Source of the DNA: an uncultured delta proteobacterium
GTDB taxonomy: Bacteria; Myxococcota_A; Polyangia; Fen-1088
Assembly: GCA_963796685.1 (NCBI GenBank)
Contig: CAWCMR010000008.1
Span: 320,001 to 384,000 of the forward strand
Direction of reading: 5' to 3'
Length of the DNA: 64,000 bases
Within the stretch, counting starts at the first letter, position 1. Every line of letters begins with the position of its first letter. Below are positions 31,761-41,238 of this stretch, in pieces. Position numbers and translations under genes: made by a program. The notes under the pieces were generated by a model. That model had not been told where the DNA came from and searched no databases. It saw only the letters and a program-made list of their open reading frames with translations.

Positions 31761-32567
31761 TCAGAGGCGCAGGATGAATCCGACCGACTGTCCCGTGGAT
31801 CGTCCCGCCCCTCTGAAGGAATAGAAGCGGCGGCGCGCGTCGCACCTCGTGCAGTCGTCGCTGACGTCGATGTTCTCGCGCAGGACGCCGGCGGCCTCCA
31901 GCTCGAGTCGCTGGAATCGACGCAGATCGATGCGCGTCTTGCGGCCCAAAGTTCTGACCAGAACGCCGCTTCTCCCGGCCAGCGGCGTGGCCGCGACGAA
32001 CGCCACCTCGACCTCGCCGCCGACTTCGAAACAACACGGGCCGATGCAGGGCCCAAGCGCCACGTGCACATCATCCGGTCTGCATCCGAACCGTGCGACC
32101 ATGGCCTCGACGCCAGCCCGCGCCATCCCCGCCACCGTGCCCCGCCACCCTGCGTGCAAGGCCGCGCAGGCTCCCGTGCGCGGGCAAGCCATCACGATCG
32201 GCGTGCAGTCGGCCACATGGACGGAAAGGCCCAAGCCGGACGCGTCGGTGCATAGCCCATCCGCCTGCTCGGCGGCGACGCCGGCAGGGTCGTCGTCTCT
32301 GCCAACCCGAACGATGCGAACGCCGTGGACCTGCGAGGCGCGCCACATCGACGAGGCGCCGGAAGCGACCAAGAGGCGGCGATGGTTTTCGCCCACGTGA
32401 GCCGGCTCGTCACCCCATTTCCAGCCCAGATTCAACGTATCGAAGGGTGGCAGGCTCACGCCGCCCGCGCGCGTGGTGAAGCCGTGGCAAAAGCCAGCAG
32501 GAATCCGTGCCGAGACCAGGAGCGGCACCCCCACGCCGTCAGCGATTGGAACGACCTGCATGTCCAT
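31761..32567 (-). CDS. pgeF: Peptidoglycan editing factor / polyphenol oxidase-like YfiH
   Basis: HGFTTRAGGVS, QVHG, ADCTPI, HAGWRG, GPCIGPCCFEVG and FYSFR. Confidence 0.95.
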   Translation of the reverse strand: MDMQVVPIADGVGVPLLVSARIPAGFCHGFTTRAGGVSLPPFDTLNLGWKWGDEPAHVGENHRRLLVASGASSMWRASQVHGVRIVRVGRDDDPAGVAAEQADGLCTDASGLGLSVHVADCTPIVMACPRTGACAALHAGWRGTVAGMARAGVEAMVARFGCRPDDVHVALGPCIGPCCFEVGGEVEVAFVAATPLAGRSGVLVRTLGRKTRIDLRRFQRLELEAAGVLRENIDVSDDCTRCDARRRFYSFRGAGRSTGQSVGFILRL

Positions 32568-33556
32568 CAGCGTACAAGCTGCCGCAGGGCCGCGAGCGCG
32601 GCCATGAAATCTTCAGGAGGCGCGGCCTCGAATTCCATCCACTTGCCGGACTTTGGGTGATGGAAGCCGAGGACACGCGCGTGCAAGGCCTGGCGGCCGA
32701 GCTGCTTTCCGATGGCGCGCAGGTTCTCGTCGCGCGGCGAGCGGCCGTAGGTCGCGTCGCCGAGCAAGGGACATCCCATGGCGGCGAAATGGACGCGCAC
32801 CTGATGCGTGCGCCCGGTTTCGAGCTCCGCCTCCATGCGCGAGACCCCGCCCACGGGTTCGATCAAGCGCCAGTTGGTCACCGCGCGCTTGCCGGTCCGG
32901 ACCTTGATGCTGAATTTCTTGCGGTCATGCGGATCGCGCCCGATGAGGGTGTCGATCTTCCCCGACGCTTGGGCGGGACGGCCCACCGCCAGCGCTTCGT
33001 AGACGCGCTTGATGCGATGGATTTTGAAATCGGCGCCAAGCCCCGTCATGGTCGCATCGTCCTTGGCCACCACCAGCAGACCCGAGGTGTCCTTGTCGAT
33101 GCGGTGAACGATGCCCGGCCGAAGCTCGCCGCCAATGCCGCGCAAGTCATGGCAGTGCGCCAGCAGGGCGTTGACGAGGGTGCCGTCGTCGTGCCCGGCC
33201 GCCGGGTGAACCACCAAACCGGGCGGCTTGTCCACGACCACCAGGTGCTCGTCCTCGAAGACCACGCGCAAGGGAATGTCCTCGGCGACCAGCTCGACCT
33301 CGCGCACGCGCGGAGGCGTCCACACCACCCTGTCGCCCGCGCGAACCTTCTGCGAAGGCGACGCCGCCTTGCCGTTCAGGGTGACCGCGCCCTCGCCGAT
33401 GTGGCGCGAAAGCTGCGTACGCGACACGCCCTCGACGTGTTCGGCCAGCACCACATCAAGCCGCCGGCCCGCCTCTGCGCTGCCCAGCGTGAACGTACGC
33501 GGCGGCTCGGGAGCGGCCGTCGGCGCTGCAACCCCTACCTGCCGCGCGCCCGTCAC
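32567..33556 (-). CDS. rluD: RluA-family 23S rRNA pseudouridine synthase with S4 domain
   Basis: S4 domain, KPPGLVVHP, RPGIVHRIDKDTSG, ETGRTHQVRVH and RQALHA. Confidence 0.93.
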   Translation of the reverse strand: MTGARQVGVAAPTAAPEPPRTFTLGSAEAGRRLDVVLAEHVEGVSRTQLSRHIGEGAVTLNGKAASPSQKVRAGDRVVWTPPRVREVELVAEDIPLRVVFEDEHLVVVDKPPGLVVHPAAGHDDGTLVNALLAHCHDLRGIGGELRPGIVHRIDKDTSGLLVVAKDDATMTGLGADFKIHRIKRVYEALAVGRPAQASGKIDTLIGRDPHDRKKFSIKVRTGKRAVTNWRLIEPVGGVSRMEAELETGRTHQVRVHFAAMGCPLLGDATYGRSPRDENLRAIGKQLGRQALHARVLGFHHPKSGKWMEFEAAPPEDFMAALAALRQLVR

Positions 33557-33822
33557 CAGATCTTGGACTTGATGTTCTGTCCGCGCTGCTTGAGCAGGAT
33601 ATCCACCAGGGCGCGATCGAAAAGGTTGGTGGCCGCGATTTCGGTCGTCACGCGGGACCTGAAGTGCTGACGGCCTTCCTCGATCTCTTCCTTCATCGAA
33701 TCGAACAAGGTGTCGTTCTGAATGCCCTGAACCAGCTTGGCTTCGTTGTACATGGCCAGGTCCGAAGCGATCGCGCGGGCGAACTGACGCGCCCTTTCCG
33801 GCTTGTCGATCAACGGTGGCAT
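33553..33822 (-). CDS. Small conserved hypothetical protein
   Basis: RARQFARAIASDLAMYN helical protein coupled to rluD. Confidence 0.75.
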   Translation of the reverse strand: MPPLIDKPERARQFARAIASDLAMYNEAKLVQGIQNDTLFDSMKEEIEEGRQHFRSRVTTEIAATNLFDRALVDILLKQRGQNIKSKIW

Positions 33823-33905
33823 GATGCTAAAGTACCCGATTCCGGGACAACGTGCGAATGAGTTTGCAGGTTGGCGCCCTCGTTTCTAGACTGGGAAACA
33901 AGCCC

Positions 33906-34379
33906 ATGAGCAAAATTGCCCTCCCCACCGCCATTGCCCTGACGCTGTGCCTGGCCGGTTCGACCCGCGCCCTCTGCGCCAACGACGACAGCTACGAGGT
34001 CAGCAAGACCGACGCCAGTCTGACCGCAGGAGGCAAGGGCCAGGCCAGCGTGACCATCTCGGCCAAGAAGGGCTGGCATCTCAACGCCGAAGCCCCCCTC
34101 ACCCTCAAGCTCGTGCCCCCAGCGGGCGTGGAAGTGGACAAGGCGAAGCTCGGGCGCGGCGATCTGGCCATGTCTAACGACAAGTCGGCGCGCTTCGAGG
34201 TGGGCGTGACCGCCAGCGAACCGGGCAAGAAGGTCGTCGAGGCCGAGGCCGGATTCGTACTGTGTCAAGAAGACTCGTGCCGCCCGGTCAAGCAGAAGAT
34301 CGCACTGGCCGTGGACGTGGAGGCGCCCAAGTCAACCAGAGGCAAACAGCCGGCCAAGCGGCCAACCAAGAAGAGATAG
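33906..34379 (+). CDS. Secreted DsbD-N-like domain protein
   Basis: Signal peptide, KGWHLNAEAP and LCQEDSCRP (CxxxxC). Confidence 0.65.
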   Translation: MSKIALPTAIALTLCLAGSTRALCANDDSYEVSKTDASLTAGGKGQASVTISAKKGWHLNAEAPLTLKLVPPAGVEVDKAKLGRGDLAMSNDKSARFEVGVTASEPGKKVVEAEAGFVLCQEDSCRPVKQKIALAVDVEAPKSTRGKQPAKRPTKKR

Positions 34380-34380
34380 T

Positions 34381-35784
34381 TCAGCCGAAGGCGCGAATGA
34401 TTGCCTCGGTCTTGCGCGCGAGCGCGGGCGTAAAGGTACCCACGATGGTTGCCACCAGCCGTTCTGGACGCAGGATTTCCTGGGCCACAGCTTGTACCTC
34501 GGCCGCGTCGACTCTGGCCATCCGGCGATAGCGCTCGGCTGGGCTGCGCAGCGGGCGGCCGAAGAGCATGCTGTCGCCAAACCAGGCGCACAGTCCCTCG
34601 ACATCGTCGAACCCGGCCTCGAGGTCGCGCGCGTATCGGCGCTTGGCTTTGTCGAGCTCGGCGGTGGAGGCGGTCGTGTCGCGCAACTCGGAGAGAATGG
34701 CCAAGACCTCTCGGACCAACTCGGGAAGCTTTGCCGCCCCGCAGGCGGCGGAGATTTCGACGAGAGACGTGTCCCCGAGCGGGTCCAGCCCGGCATTGAC
34801 CTGGTAGGCCAGGCCCTTGCGATCGCACACACGGTAGTGCAGCGGCGTCGACATGCCGTCGTCGAGCAGGCGCAGCAGTGCGACCAACGCCGGGTAGCGC
34901 GCATGATGGTCGGCAAGAGCGCGAAACAGGAGCTGAACCTCCACCTGCGCAGAGTCGGTACGGACGCCGTGAAACAGGAGGCCGGGCAGCTTCTTCGGCG
35001 CGGGACGAGAAGCTTCACGCTGCCCCGCGGGCAACCCGCCAAAGGCGCGCCCGGCCATGGCCATGACCTGGCCGTGCTCGACAGGCCCCGCCACGGCCAG
35101 CACCAAGTTGCGTGCGCCGTGGAAGCGGTGGAAGTGCGCGATCACGTCGTCGCGGGTGAAGCGCCGGATGTTCTCCTCGGGGCCGGTGATGGGAAAGCCG
35201 AGGGGATGACCGCCCCAAGCGTAGCTGCGACCGACGTCATCGAGGTTCACGCGCTGGCCCCGCTCGTCGAAGTCCTCGAGGATCTCCTCGAGCACCATGG
35301 CGCGTTCGAGCTCGATATCCGAGAAGAGGGGTGCGGTGAAGAGATCGCCGAGGATGCGCAGAACCTCGCCAAGCTCGCGCGGATGGAGCTGCACCTGGTA
35401 GAGCGAATAGTCTCGGCCGGTTTCTCCGCACAGCATTCCGCAGCGCTCTTCGATGGCGCGGTTGAGCGCGAAGGAAGAAGGGAACCCCGCCGAGCCGCGA
35501 AAGAGCATGTGCTCGACGAAGTGGGACAGCCCGTTCGTCCGCGCGGTCTCGTAGCGTGAACCGGTGCGCACATAGAGCCCGACCGCGGCGGCGTGCAGGT
35601 GCGGGGTCTCGATGTCCACCACGCAGAGGCCGTTGCGCAGACGCCCCTTCGACACCTGGGCGGGAAAGGGAATCAAATCCGCGGGCGTAAGCTCGCGACG
35701 GGCGTGGGCGTGGAACGGCATGGTTTGCAGGCAGTCTACACGCTGGTACGGTCGAACGCCGGGGGGAGTGTTTTCTCGCCGCAC
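34381..35784 (-). CDS. M16 family zinc peptidase
   Basis: GSRYE...GLSHFVEHMLFRG (HxxEH); real start probably near 35721. Confidence 0.93.
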   Translation of the reverse strand: MRRENTPPGVRPYQRVDCLQTMPFHAHARRELTPADLIPFPAQVSKGRLRNGLCVVDIETPHLHAAAVGLYVRTGSRYETARTNGLSHFVEHMLFRGSAGFPSSFALNRAIEERCGMLCGETGRDYSLYQVQLHPRELGEVLRILGDLFTAPLFSDIELERAMVLEEILEDFDERGQRVNLDDVGRSYAWGGHPLGFPITGPEENIRRFTRDDVIAHFHRFHGARNLVLAVAGPVEHGQVMAMAGRAFGGLPAGQREASRPAPKKLPGLLFHGVRTDSAQVEVQLLFRALADHHARYPALVALLRLLDDGMSTPLHYRVCDRKGLAYQVNAGLDPLGDTSLVEISAACGAAKLPELVREVLAILSELRDTTASTAELDKAKRRYARDLEAGFDDVEGLCAWFGDSMLFGRPLRSPAERYRRMARVDAAEVQAVAQEILRPERLVATIVGTFTPALARKTEAIIRAFG

Positions 35785-35831
35785 GAGCGGATGGAGAGGG
35801 TCCGCTGTCTCCTCCGTCCCCTCGCTCAGCT

Positions 35832-36683
35832 GTGCTAGAAAGCGCCGTGGATTCGAGCAGCGCCAGCATCCGTCTCGTGGTCAACGCCGATGGCTTCGGG
35901 CTGTCGGCCGCGCGGACGCGCGGGATCCTCGCTGCCCACCGAAGCGGGATCGTGACCAGCACCTCGGTGCTCGGCATCGCCGGCGATCTCGAAGCCATCA
36001 AGGCCGAGCTGGGCGAAAGCCCCACCCTTGGCGTCGGCGTCCTGCTGACACTGGAGGATGGCGAGCCGGTGTCCAAGCCCGCGGCGGTGGCGTCCCTGCT
36101 CGATGAACATGGCCGGTTCCCCTCGCGAGAACGCGACCTCCTCCTCAACTGGGCCAAGGTCGCCATGCAACCCGCGCACGTCGAGCAGGAATTCGACGCC
36201 CAGGTGGCGCGCTTGCGCGATCTCGGGTTGGTCATCGACCACCTGTGCGCACGGGGCAGCGTCGGGTTTCTGCCCATGGTCGCGCAGGCCATGGAGAAGG
36301 TGGCGCGCCGCCACGCCATCGCGGGCCTGCGCACGACGGTCGAGCGGCCAACCCTGGCGTGGACCGCCGATCTGCCGCGTGGCCTGGCCACGGCCGCGCT
36401 GGGCGCGCTGGCCTGGTACGGCCGTCGCCAGCTCGGGGCGCGCCGCCATGGTCCGCAAAGCTGGGGCTACTTCGAGCGCGGTCGCCTCGACGAGATCCGC
36501 ATTCTGGAAATCCTTGGCCGCCTGAGTCCGGGCAGCCACGAGCTCATCTGCCAACCCGATCTCGATCCGTCAGGACAAGAGCCGCCACGACGCGGCGAGG
36601 TCGATGCCCTCGGCGCCTCCCGCGTGCGCGAAGCCCTGGCCAGCCGCCATATCGAGCTGTGCCGTTGGGCGGATCTCTTCTGA
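35832..36683 (+). CDS. ChbG/HpnK (YdjC) family deacetylase-like protein, metal ligands partly degenerate
   Basis: LVVNADGFG...GIVTSTS; the usual His ligands look replaced (GVLL, DHLCAR, ELICQP). Confidence 0.8.
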   Translation: MLESAVDSSSASIRLVVNADGFGLSAARTRGILAAHRSGIVTSTSVLGIAGDLEAIKAELGESPTLGVGVLLTLEDGEPVSKPAAVASLLDEHGRFPSRERDLLLNWAKVAMQPAHVEQEFDAQVARLRDLGLVIDHLCARGSVGFLPMVAQAMEKVARRHAIAGLRTTVERPTLAWTADLPRGLATAALGALAWYGRRQLGARRHGPQSWGYFERGRLDEIRILEILGRLSPGSHELICQPDLDPSGQEPPRRGEVDALGASRVREALASRHIELCRWADLF

Positions 36684-36738
36684 GCTGGCGAAAGACTCTC
36701 GCGTCTTTGCGGCGCTGACCGCATAATCAGGTCAGGAT

Positions 36739-37473
36739 ATGGAGCAGCAGGACGATCTCCGCTCGACGCAGAGCTACTACGACCGCTTTTCGCCCAGCTA
36801 TGAGCGGGAACGCCACCACGGCTACCACCGCCTCATCGACGAGCTCGAGCTGGAATGGGTCAGGCGATACGGCAGCGGACGGGATATTCTGGAGGCCGGC
36901 TGCGGAACGGGGTTGCTGCTGGCCGAGGCCGCCCGCATCGGGCGTTCGGCCATCGGGCTCGACCTTTCGCGCGGTATGCTGACGCACGCCAAAGACCGCG
37001 GCTTGCGCGTGGTCCAGGGATCGCTCACCGCCCTGCCGCTCCCGGATGCCTCGGTGGATCTCGTGTACAGCATGAAGGTCCTGGCACACATCCCGCCCAT
37101 CCGAGAAGCCGTCGCCGAGATGGCTCGCGTGACCCGGCCGGGCGGTCACCTCCTCCTCGAGTTCTACAATCCCCGCTCTCTGCGCTACCTGGCCAAGGCG
37201 CTGGGCGGCGCAGCTCCCATCGCCGAGGGCACGACGGATCGCGATGTCTTCACACGCTACGACACCTTGGAGAGCGCGCGCGCCTACCTGCCGCCCGACG
37301 TGGAATACGTTACCATGCGCGGCGTGCGCGTGGTTACGCCCACCTCCCGCGTGTTCGACATGCCGATGGTTTCCGGGCTCTTCGATCGCGCCGAACGCGT
37401 GGCCTGCGATTTGCCGTGGATCCGCAACTTCGGCGGCTTCCTCATCCTCGTGGCGCGCAAACGCACACCATGA
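36739..37473 (+). CDS. Class I SAM-dependent methyltransferase
   Basis: ILEAGCGTG, GLDLSRGML, LPLPDASVD and RVTRPGG. Confidence 0.9.
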   Translation: MEQQDDLRSTQSYYDRFSPSYERERHHGYHRLIDELELEWVRRYGSGRDILEAGCGTGLLLAEAARIGRSAIGLDLSRGMLTHAKDRGLRVVQGSLTALPLPDASVDLVYSMKVLAHIPPIREAVAEMARVTRPGGHLLLEFYNPRSLRYLAKALGGAAPIAEGTTDRDVFTRYDTLESARAYLPPDVEYVTMRGVRVVTPTSRVFDMPMVSGLFDRAERVACDLPWIRNFGGFLILVARKRTP

Positions 37474-38903
37474 CCAACCACACCGGGGATATCCTCATCG
37501 TCGACGACGAGCGCTCGATGCGCGAGTTCCTGGGCATCTACTTGCGTCGCGAGGGCTATCGCATCGAAGCAGCTTCGGGCGGGAACGAGGCCATCGCGTC
37601 CCTCAAGGCCCGCGCCTTCGATGTGATCATCACCGATCTGCGCATGCCGGATGTGGATGGACTGACCATCCTGGCCGAAGCCAAGCGCACCCGGCCCGAT
37701 ACCGAGGTCATCGTCGTGACGGCCTTCTCCACGACCGAGACCGCCATCGCCGCCATGAAGGCCGGCGCGCATGACTACCTGACCAAGCCTTTCAAGATCG
37801 ACGAGGTTGGATTGGTCGTCGACCGTGCCATGGAGAAGCGCCGCCTGTCGCGCGAGAACGTGGCTCTGCGCGACGAGATCAAGGGGCGCTACAAGCTCGA
37901 CCGGCTGCTGGGAAAATCGCCCGCCATGCAGCGGGTCTTCGACATCCTACGCAAGGTCGCGTCGACGAGAACCAGCGTGCTGCTCATCGGCGAATCCGGC
38001 ACGGGCAAGGAGCTGGCCGCGCACGCTTTGCACGAGCTCTCTCCGCGCACGGATCAGCCCTTCGTGGCCGTCAACTGCGGCGCCATCCCGGAAACCCTGC
38101 TCGAATCGGAGTTTTTCGGGCACGTCCGTGGCTCGTTCACCGGTGCCAACGCGGACAAGCAAGGGTTGTTCGAGGCGGCCCACGGCGGAACCTTGCTGCT
38201 CGACGAGATCGCCGAGTTGCCGGTCGCCATGCAGGTCAAGCTCCTACGCGTCCTGCAGGAGCGCAAGGTGAAGCCGGTCGGCGGGGTCAGCGAGCGCGAG
38301 GTGGATGTCCGCATCGTGGCCGCTACCAACCGCGACCTGGAAGCCGAGGTGGAGAAATCCACTTTCCGCCAGGATCTCTACTACCGCCTGAACGTCATCC
38401 AGCTGCGCTTGCCTCCGCTGCGCGAGCGACGCGAGGATTTGCCCCTGCTCGTCGATCACTTCATCCGCAAGTTCTCCGCCGAGCACGGACGCAACGTGGT
38501 CGGAGCCGCGCCCGAAGTCATGTCCGCGCTCATGCTGTACCACTTCCCGGGAAACGTGCGCGAGCTGGAAAACATGATCGAGCGCGCGGTCACCCTGTCC
38601 GCCACGGATTGGCTCGCCATCGACGCATTTCCCAACCTCGCGGGGCTGCAGGGCGAACAGCAGAGCCAGAGCACGGTCGGTCATCTGCCCGAGAGTGGCC
38701 TCGATCTGGAACACCACCTCGAGGAATACGAACGATCCATCCTCATCAAGGCCCTGGAACGAACGGGAGGCAACCGTACCGAGGCCGCGCGCCTGCTCGG
38801 TGTTTCGTTCCGCTCCATGCGCTATCGGTTGTCCAAGCTCGGCGTGACCGGGGTCGATACCGGCGTCGAGCTCACCGAGCCGCCACCCGCGCCCGATCCC
38901 TGA
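37470..38903 (+). CDS. pilR: Sigma-54-dependent response regulator, PilR-like
   Basis: REC domain (ILIVDDE, TDLRMP), AAA+ GESGTGKE, GSFTGA, FRQDLYYRLNV, and Fis HTH LLGVSFRSMRYRL. Confidence 0.8.
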   Translation: MTNHTGDILIVDDERSMREFLGIYLRREGYRIEAASGGNEAIASLKARAFDVIITDLRMPDVDGLTILAEAKRTRPDTEVIVVTAFSTTETAIAAMKAGAHDYLTKPFKIDEVGLVVDRAMEKRRLSRENVALRDEIKGRYKLDRLLGKSPAMQRVFDILRKVASTRTSVLLIGESGTGKELAAHALHELSPRTDQPFVAVNCGAIPETLLESEFFGHVRGSFTGANADKQGLFEAAHGGTLLLDEIAELPVAMQVKLLRVLQERKVKPVGGVSEREVDVRIVAATNRDLEAEVEKSTFRQDLYYRLNVIQLRLPPLRERREDLPLLVDHFIRKFSAEHGRNVVGAAPEVMSALMLYHFPGNVRELENMIERAVTLSATDWLAIDAFPNLAGLQGEQQSQSTVGHLPESGLDLEHHLEEYERSILIKALERTGGNRTEAARLLGVSFRSMRYRLSKLGVTGVDTGVELTEPPPAPDP

Positions 38904-38907
38904 CGTC

Positions 38908-39816
38908 ATGGATGTGCCGCCCCAGAAGAAAAATCGCGGCTCTGGCGCAATCCTGGTCGTCGGAGTGCTCGCCGGACTGGCCGGCCTTGGCGCCCTCGCC
39001 TTCGGCTGCCTCGAACGCACGACGCGCCTGCGAGCGACCTGGCCGCCCGAGGCCGACACCTTCTACCTGCCCCCTTCCTCCGCCTTGCGCGTCGTCGGTC
39101 TTCGGCACAACGAGCTGCTGGCGGATCTGATCCATGCCCGCGCCAACGTGTACTTCGGCACGCAACTGCACGCCCGGGTGCCGACGAAGTGGCTGGCGCA
39201 ATACCTGGACACCGCCATCGATCTGGACCCGAAGTTCCAGCGCCTCTACCTCGCGGGGGCGGCCATGCTGATCTACAACGGTCAGAAGATATCGCCCGAG
39301 ATGGTGCTGGCGGCCATCCACGTGCTCGCGCGAGGACACAAGGCGTTTCCCTTCGAGTGGGAATTTCCCTTCCAGATGGGTTTCAACTACCTCTTCGAGC
39401 TGCCTCAAGATGCAGGCGAAGACGATCCCCGGGTGCCGGGCTGGCGCCAGCAAGGTGTGGAGATGCTGAGACAGGCGGCGCTGTACGAAGGCATCCCCTA
39501 TTACATCCCCAATCTGGTCGCACGCATGCTGACCAAGAGCGGCGCCGACGATTTGGCCATCCGCCAACTCGAACAATCCTACGCCGTGGCCACCAACCCG
39601 GAGGCGCGCGACCAAATCAAGAACAAGCTGTTCGCTCTTCGCGGCAAGCTCTTCTCGGCGCAGCTGGAGGAGAATCTGCGCAACTTCAACCGCATGATCG
39701 AGCGACGCTTCCCCGAGGCGCCCGAAGCCTTCTCGCTGGTCGTGGGACCGCGCACCACCGCCCTCGGCATCCTCTCGCCGCCTGCCCCCCCTGCGCGGTC
39801 GAGAGACGCGCGATGA
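38908..39816 (+). CDS. Membrane-anchored helical protein resembling the deltaproteobacterial pilus-associated PilG/XapA family
   Basis: LADL...YFG...LD.AIDLDPKF..LY...L.RG...FP..WEFPFQMGFNYLFEL pattern recalled from this family; position after the pilR-like gene. Confidence 0.5.
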   Translation: MDVPPQKKNRGSGAILVVGVLAGLAGLGALAFGCLERTTRLRATWPPEADTFYLPPSSALRVVGLRHNELLADLIHARANVYFGTQLHARVPTKWLAQYLDTAIDLDPKFQRLYLAGAAMLIYNGQKISPEMVLAAIHVLARGHKAFPFEWEFPFQMGFNYLFELPQDAGEDDPRVPGWRQQGVEMLRQAALYEGIPYYIPNLVARMLTKSGADDLAIRQLEQSYAVATNPEARDQIKNKLFALRGKLFSAQLEENLRNFNRMIERRFPEAPEAFSLVVGPRTTALGILSPPAPPARSRDAR

Positions 39817-40448
39817 AGCTCATCCTTCCGCCGGCTGGCACCCTCAGCGCGAACGATGAGCACGATCCCCTTCCCTATTACTATCGGCCATGCGTGGGCT
39901 GGCTCTATCGCAAGCGGCTGCGCATGGGGCTCGACCTTGTTCCCCACGATGGCACGAGGGTTCTCGAGGTCGGCGTGGGCAGCGGCATCCTGATCCCAAC
40001 CCTGTCCTCGCACTTTCCCCGCTACACCGGCACCGATTTGATTCTCGGCGACAGGCTCGAACGCCTCGTCGCGCCTTCCTGCCAGGCCAACTTCGTGCAG
40101 GCCGATCTGCTGCGAGAATCGAGCCTGCCGGAGGCGAGCTACGACGTGGTCATTTGCCTGTCCGTCCTCGAACACATTGCGGACGCGGACGGCGCCGCGT
40201 CTGCCCTGGCGCGAACCCTGGTCAAGGGCGGTACGCTCGTCGCAGGCTATCCCATGGTGAACGGGCTGATGGCCGGCCTTTTCCGGGCCATCGGCTTCCA
40301 CAATATCGAAGATCACCACGTCACCGCGCCCGCCGCCATCGATAGGGCACTCCGGCGTGTCCTGCGCCCTGGTCGACGCCACGCCATGCCCGCCTTCGCT
40401 CCCGTTGCGATGGCGCTCTACCAGTGCGCGGCCTGGGTCAAGGTCTAG
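39813..40448 (+). CDS. Class I SAM-dependent methyltransferase
   Basis: VLEVGVGSG and YDVVICLSVLEHI; ATG 39813 overlaps the upstream stop. Confidence 0.85.
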   Translation: MKLILPPAGTLSANDEHDPLPYYYRPCVGWLYRKRLRMGLDLVPHDGTRVLEVGVGSGILIPTLSSHFPRYTGTDLILGDRLERLVAPSCQANFVQADLLRESSLPEASYDVVICLSVLEHIADADGAASALARTLVKGGTLVAGYPMVNGLMAGLFRAIGFHNIEDHHVTAPAAIDRALRRVLRPGRRHAMPAFAPVAMALYQCAAWVKV

Positions 40449-41238
40449 CAGCCCGACGCTCGACGACGACGAGGACGCGGAAACCAAATCCGTGAAAGAG
40501 AGAGCCCGGCAGCAGGTTCTCGAAGGCAAACCAAGCGCGCCACAGAGAAACGGGCAGAAACGGGGGGTGGGAAAAGCCGCCGGTCGCAGGATAGGCCAGA
40601 CCAGCCATTCGTTCGACGCGAACCACGTCGAGCAAGGGAAACATACGTGCGAAGACTCGGCCGTGGTCGCGAGCGAAGATGAGTGTCGGGATTGCCTGGT
40701 TGGAGGCGAAGGGATCCCTGGCGGCCTCGGGGGTGTGTACCGCCGCGACCAAGGGATCGACCGACATATCCACCGGTTCGGGGTGAAAACGGCCATACAC
40801 CCAGCGGGACACCGGGCTGATGTAAGGTTCGCACAGCACGATGCGGCCTCCCGGCCGCAAAACGCGGACCGCCTCGTGAAAGAAGCGCGCGGGGGCTGCC
40901 ACGTGGTGGAGGACGTCGAACAGCACCAGAGCCCCCACGCTGCCGTCATCGAGGTCAAGCGCCTCGGCGGACATCTGGCGCGCGTGCCACGGCGCCTTGA
41001 CCACGTCGGTCAATTCCAATTCGGGAATGAACTCGCGCGCAAAGCCGGGACCCGATCCAATCTCGATCCACGGCCCAAGCTCGCGCGGCGGCAAGGCCCG
41101 GCGTAGCCGGCCATACCAGTGACCGTAACTCGCACGCAGGGTCGGATTGGCTTGCCATACGCGACGATGTTCCTCGAAACGCACCAAGGTGCGCTCGCGC
41201 AAGGCGGCGGGAAGCTCGGACGATGCCGGGTCAGACAT
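40438..41238 (-). CDS. Class I SAM-dependent methyltransferase
   Basis: IEIGSGPG, FDVLHHV and RVLRPGG...EPY. Confidence 0.88.
   Translation of the reverse strand: MSDPASSELPAALRERTLVRFEEHRRVWQANPTLRASYGHWYGRLRRALPPRELGPWIEIGSGPGFAREFIPELELTDVVKAPWHARQMSAEALDLDDGSVGALVLFDVLHHVAAPARFFHEAVRVLRPGGRIVLCEPYISPVSRWVYGRFHPEPVDMSVDPLVAAVHTPEAARDPFASNQAIPTLIFARDHGRVFARMFPLLDVVRVERMAGLAYPATGGFSHPPFLPVSLWRAWFAFENLLPGSLFHGFGFRVLVVVERRAARP

Noticed and set aside
27114-32255. 1713-aa giant ORF as listed in the ORF track
   Set aside because: The N-terminal 180 codons overlap ptsI and intergenic DNA, and the C-terminal tail is frameshift read-through antisense to pgeF. The real gene is about 27654-31584.
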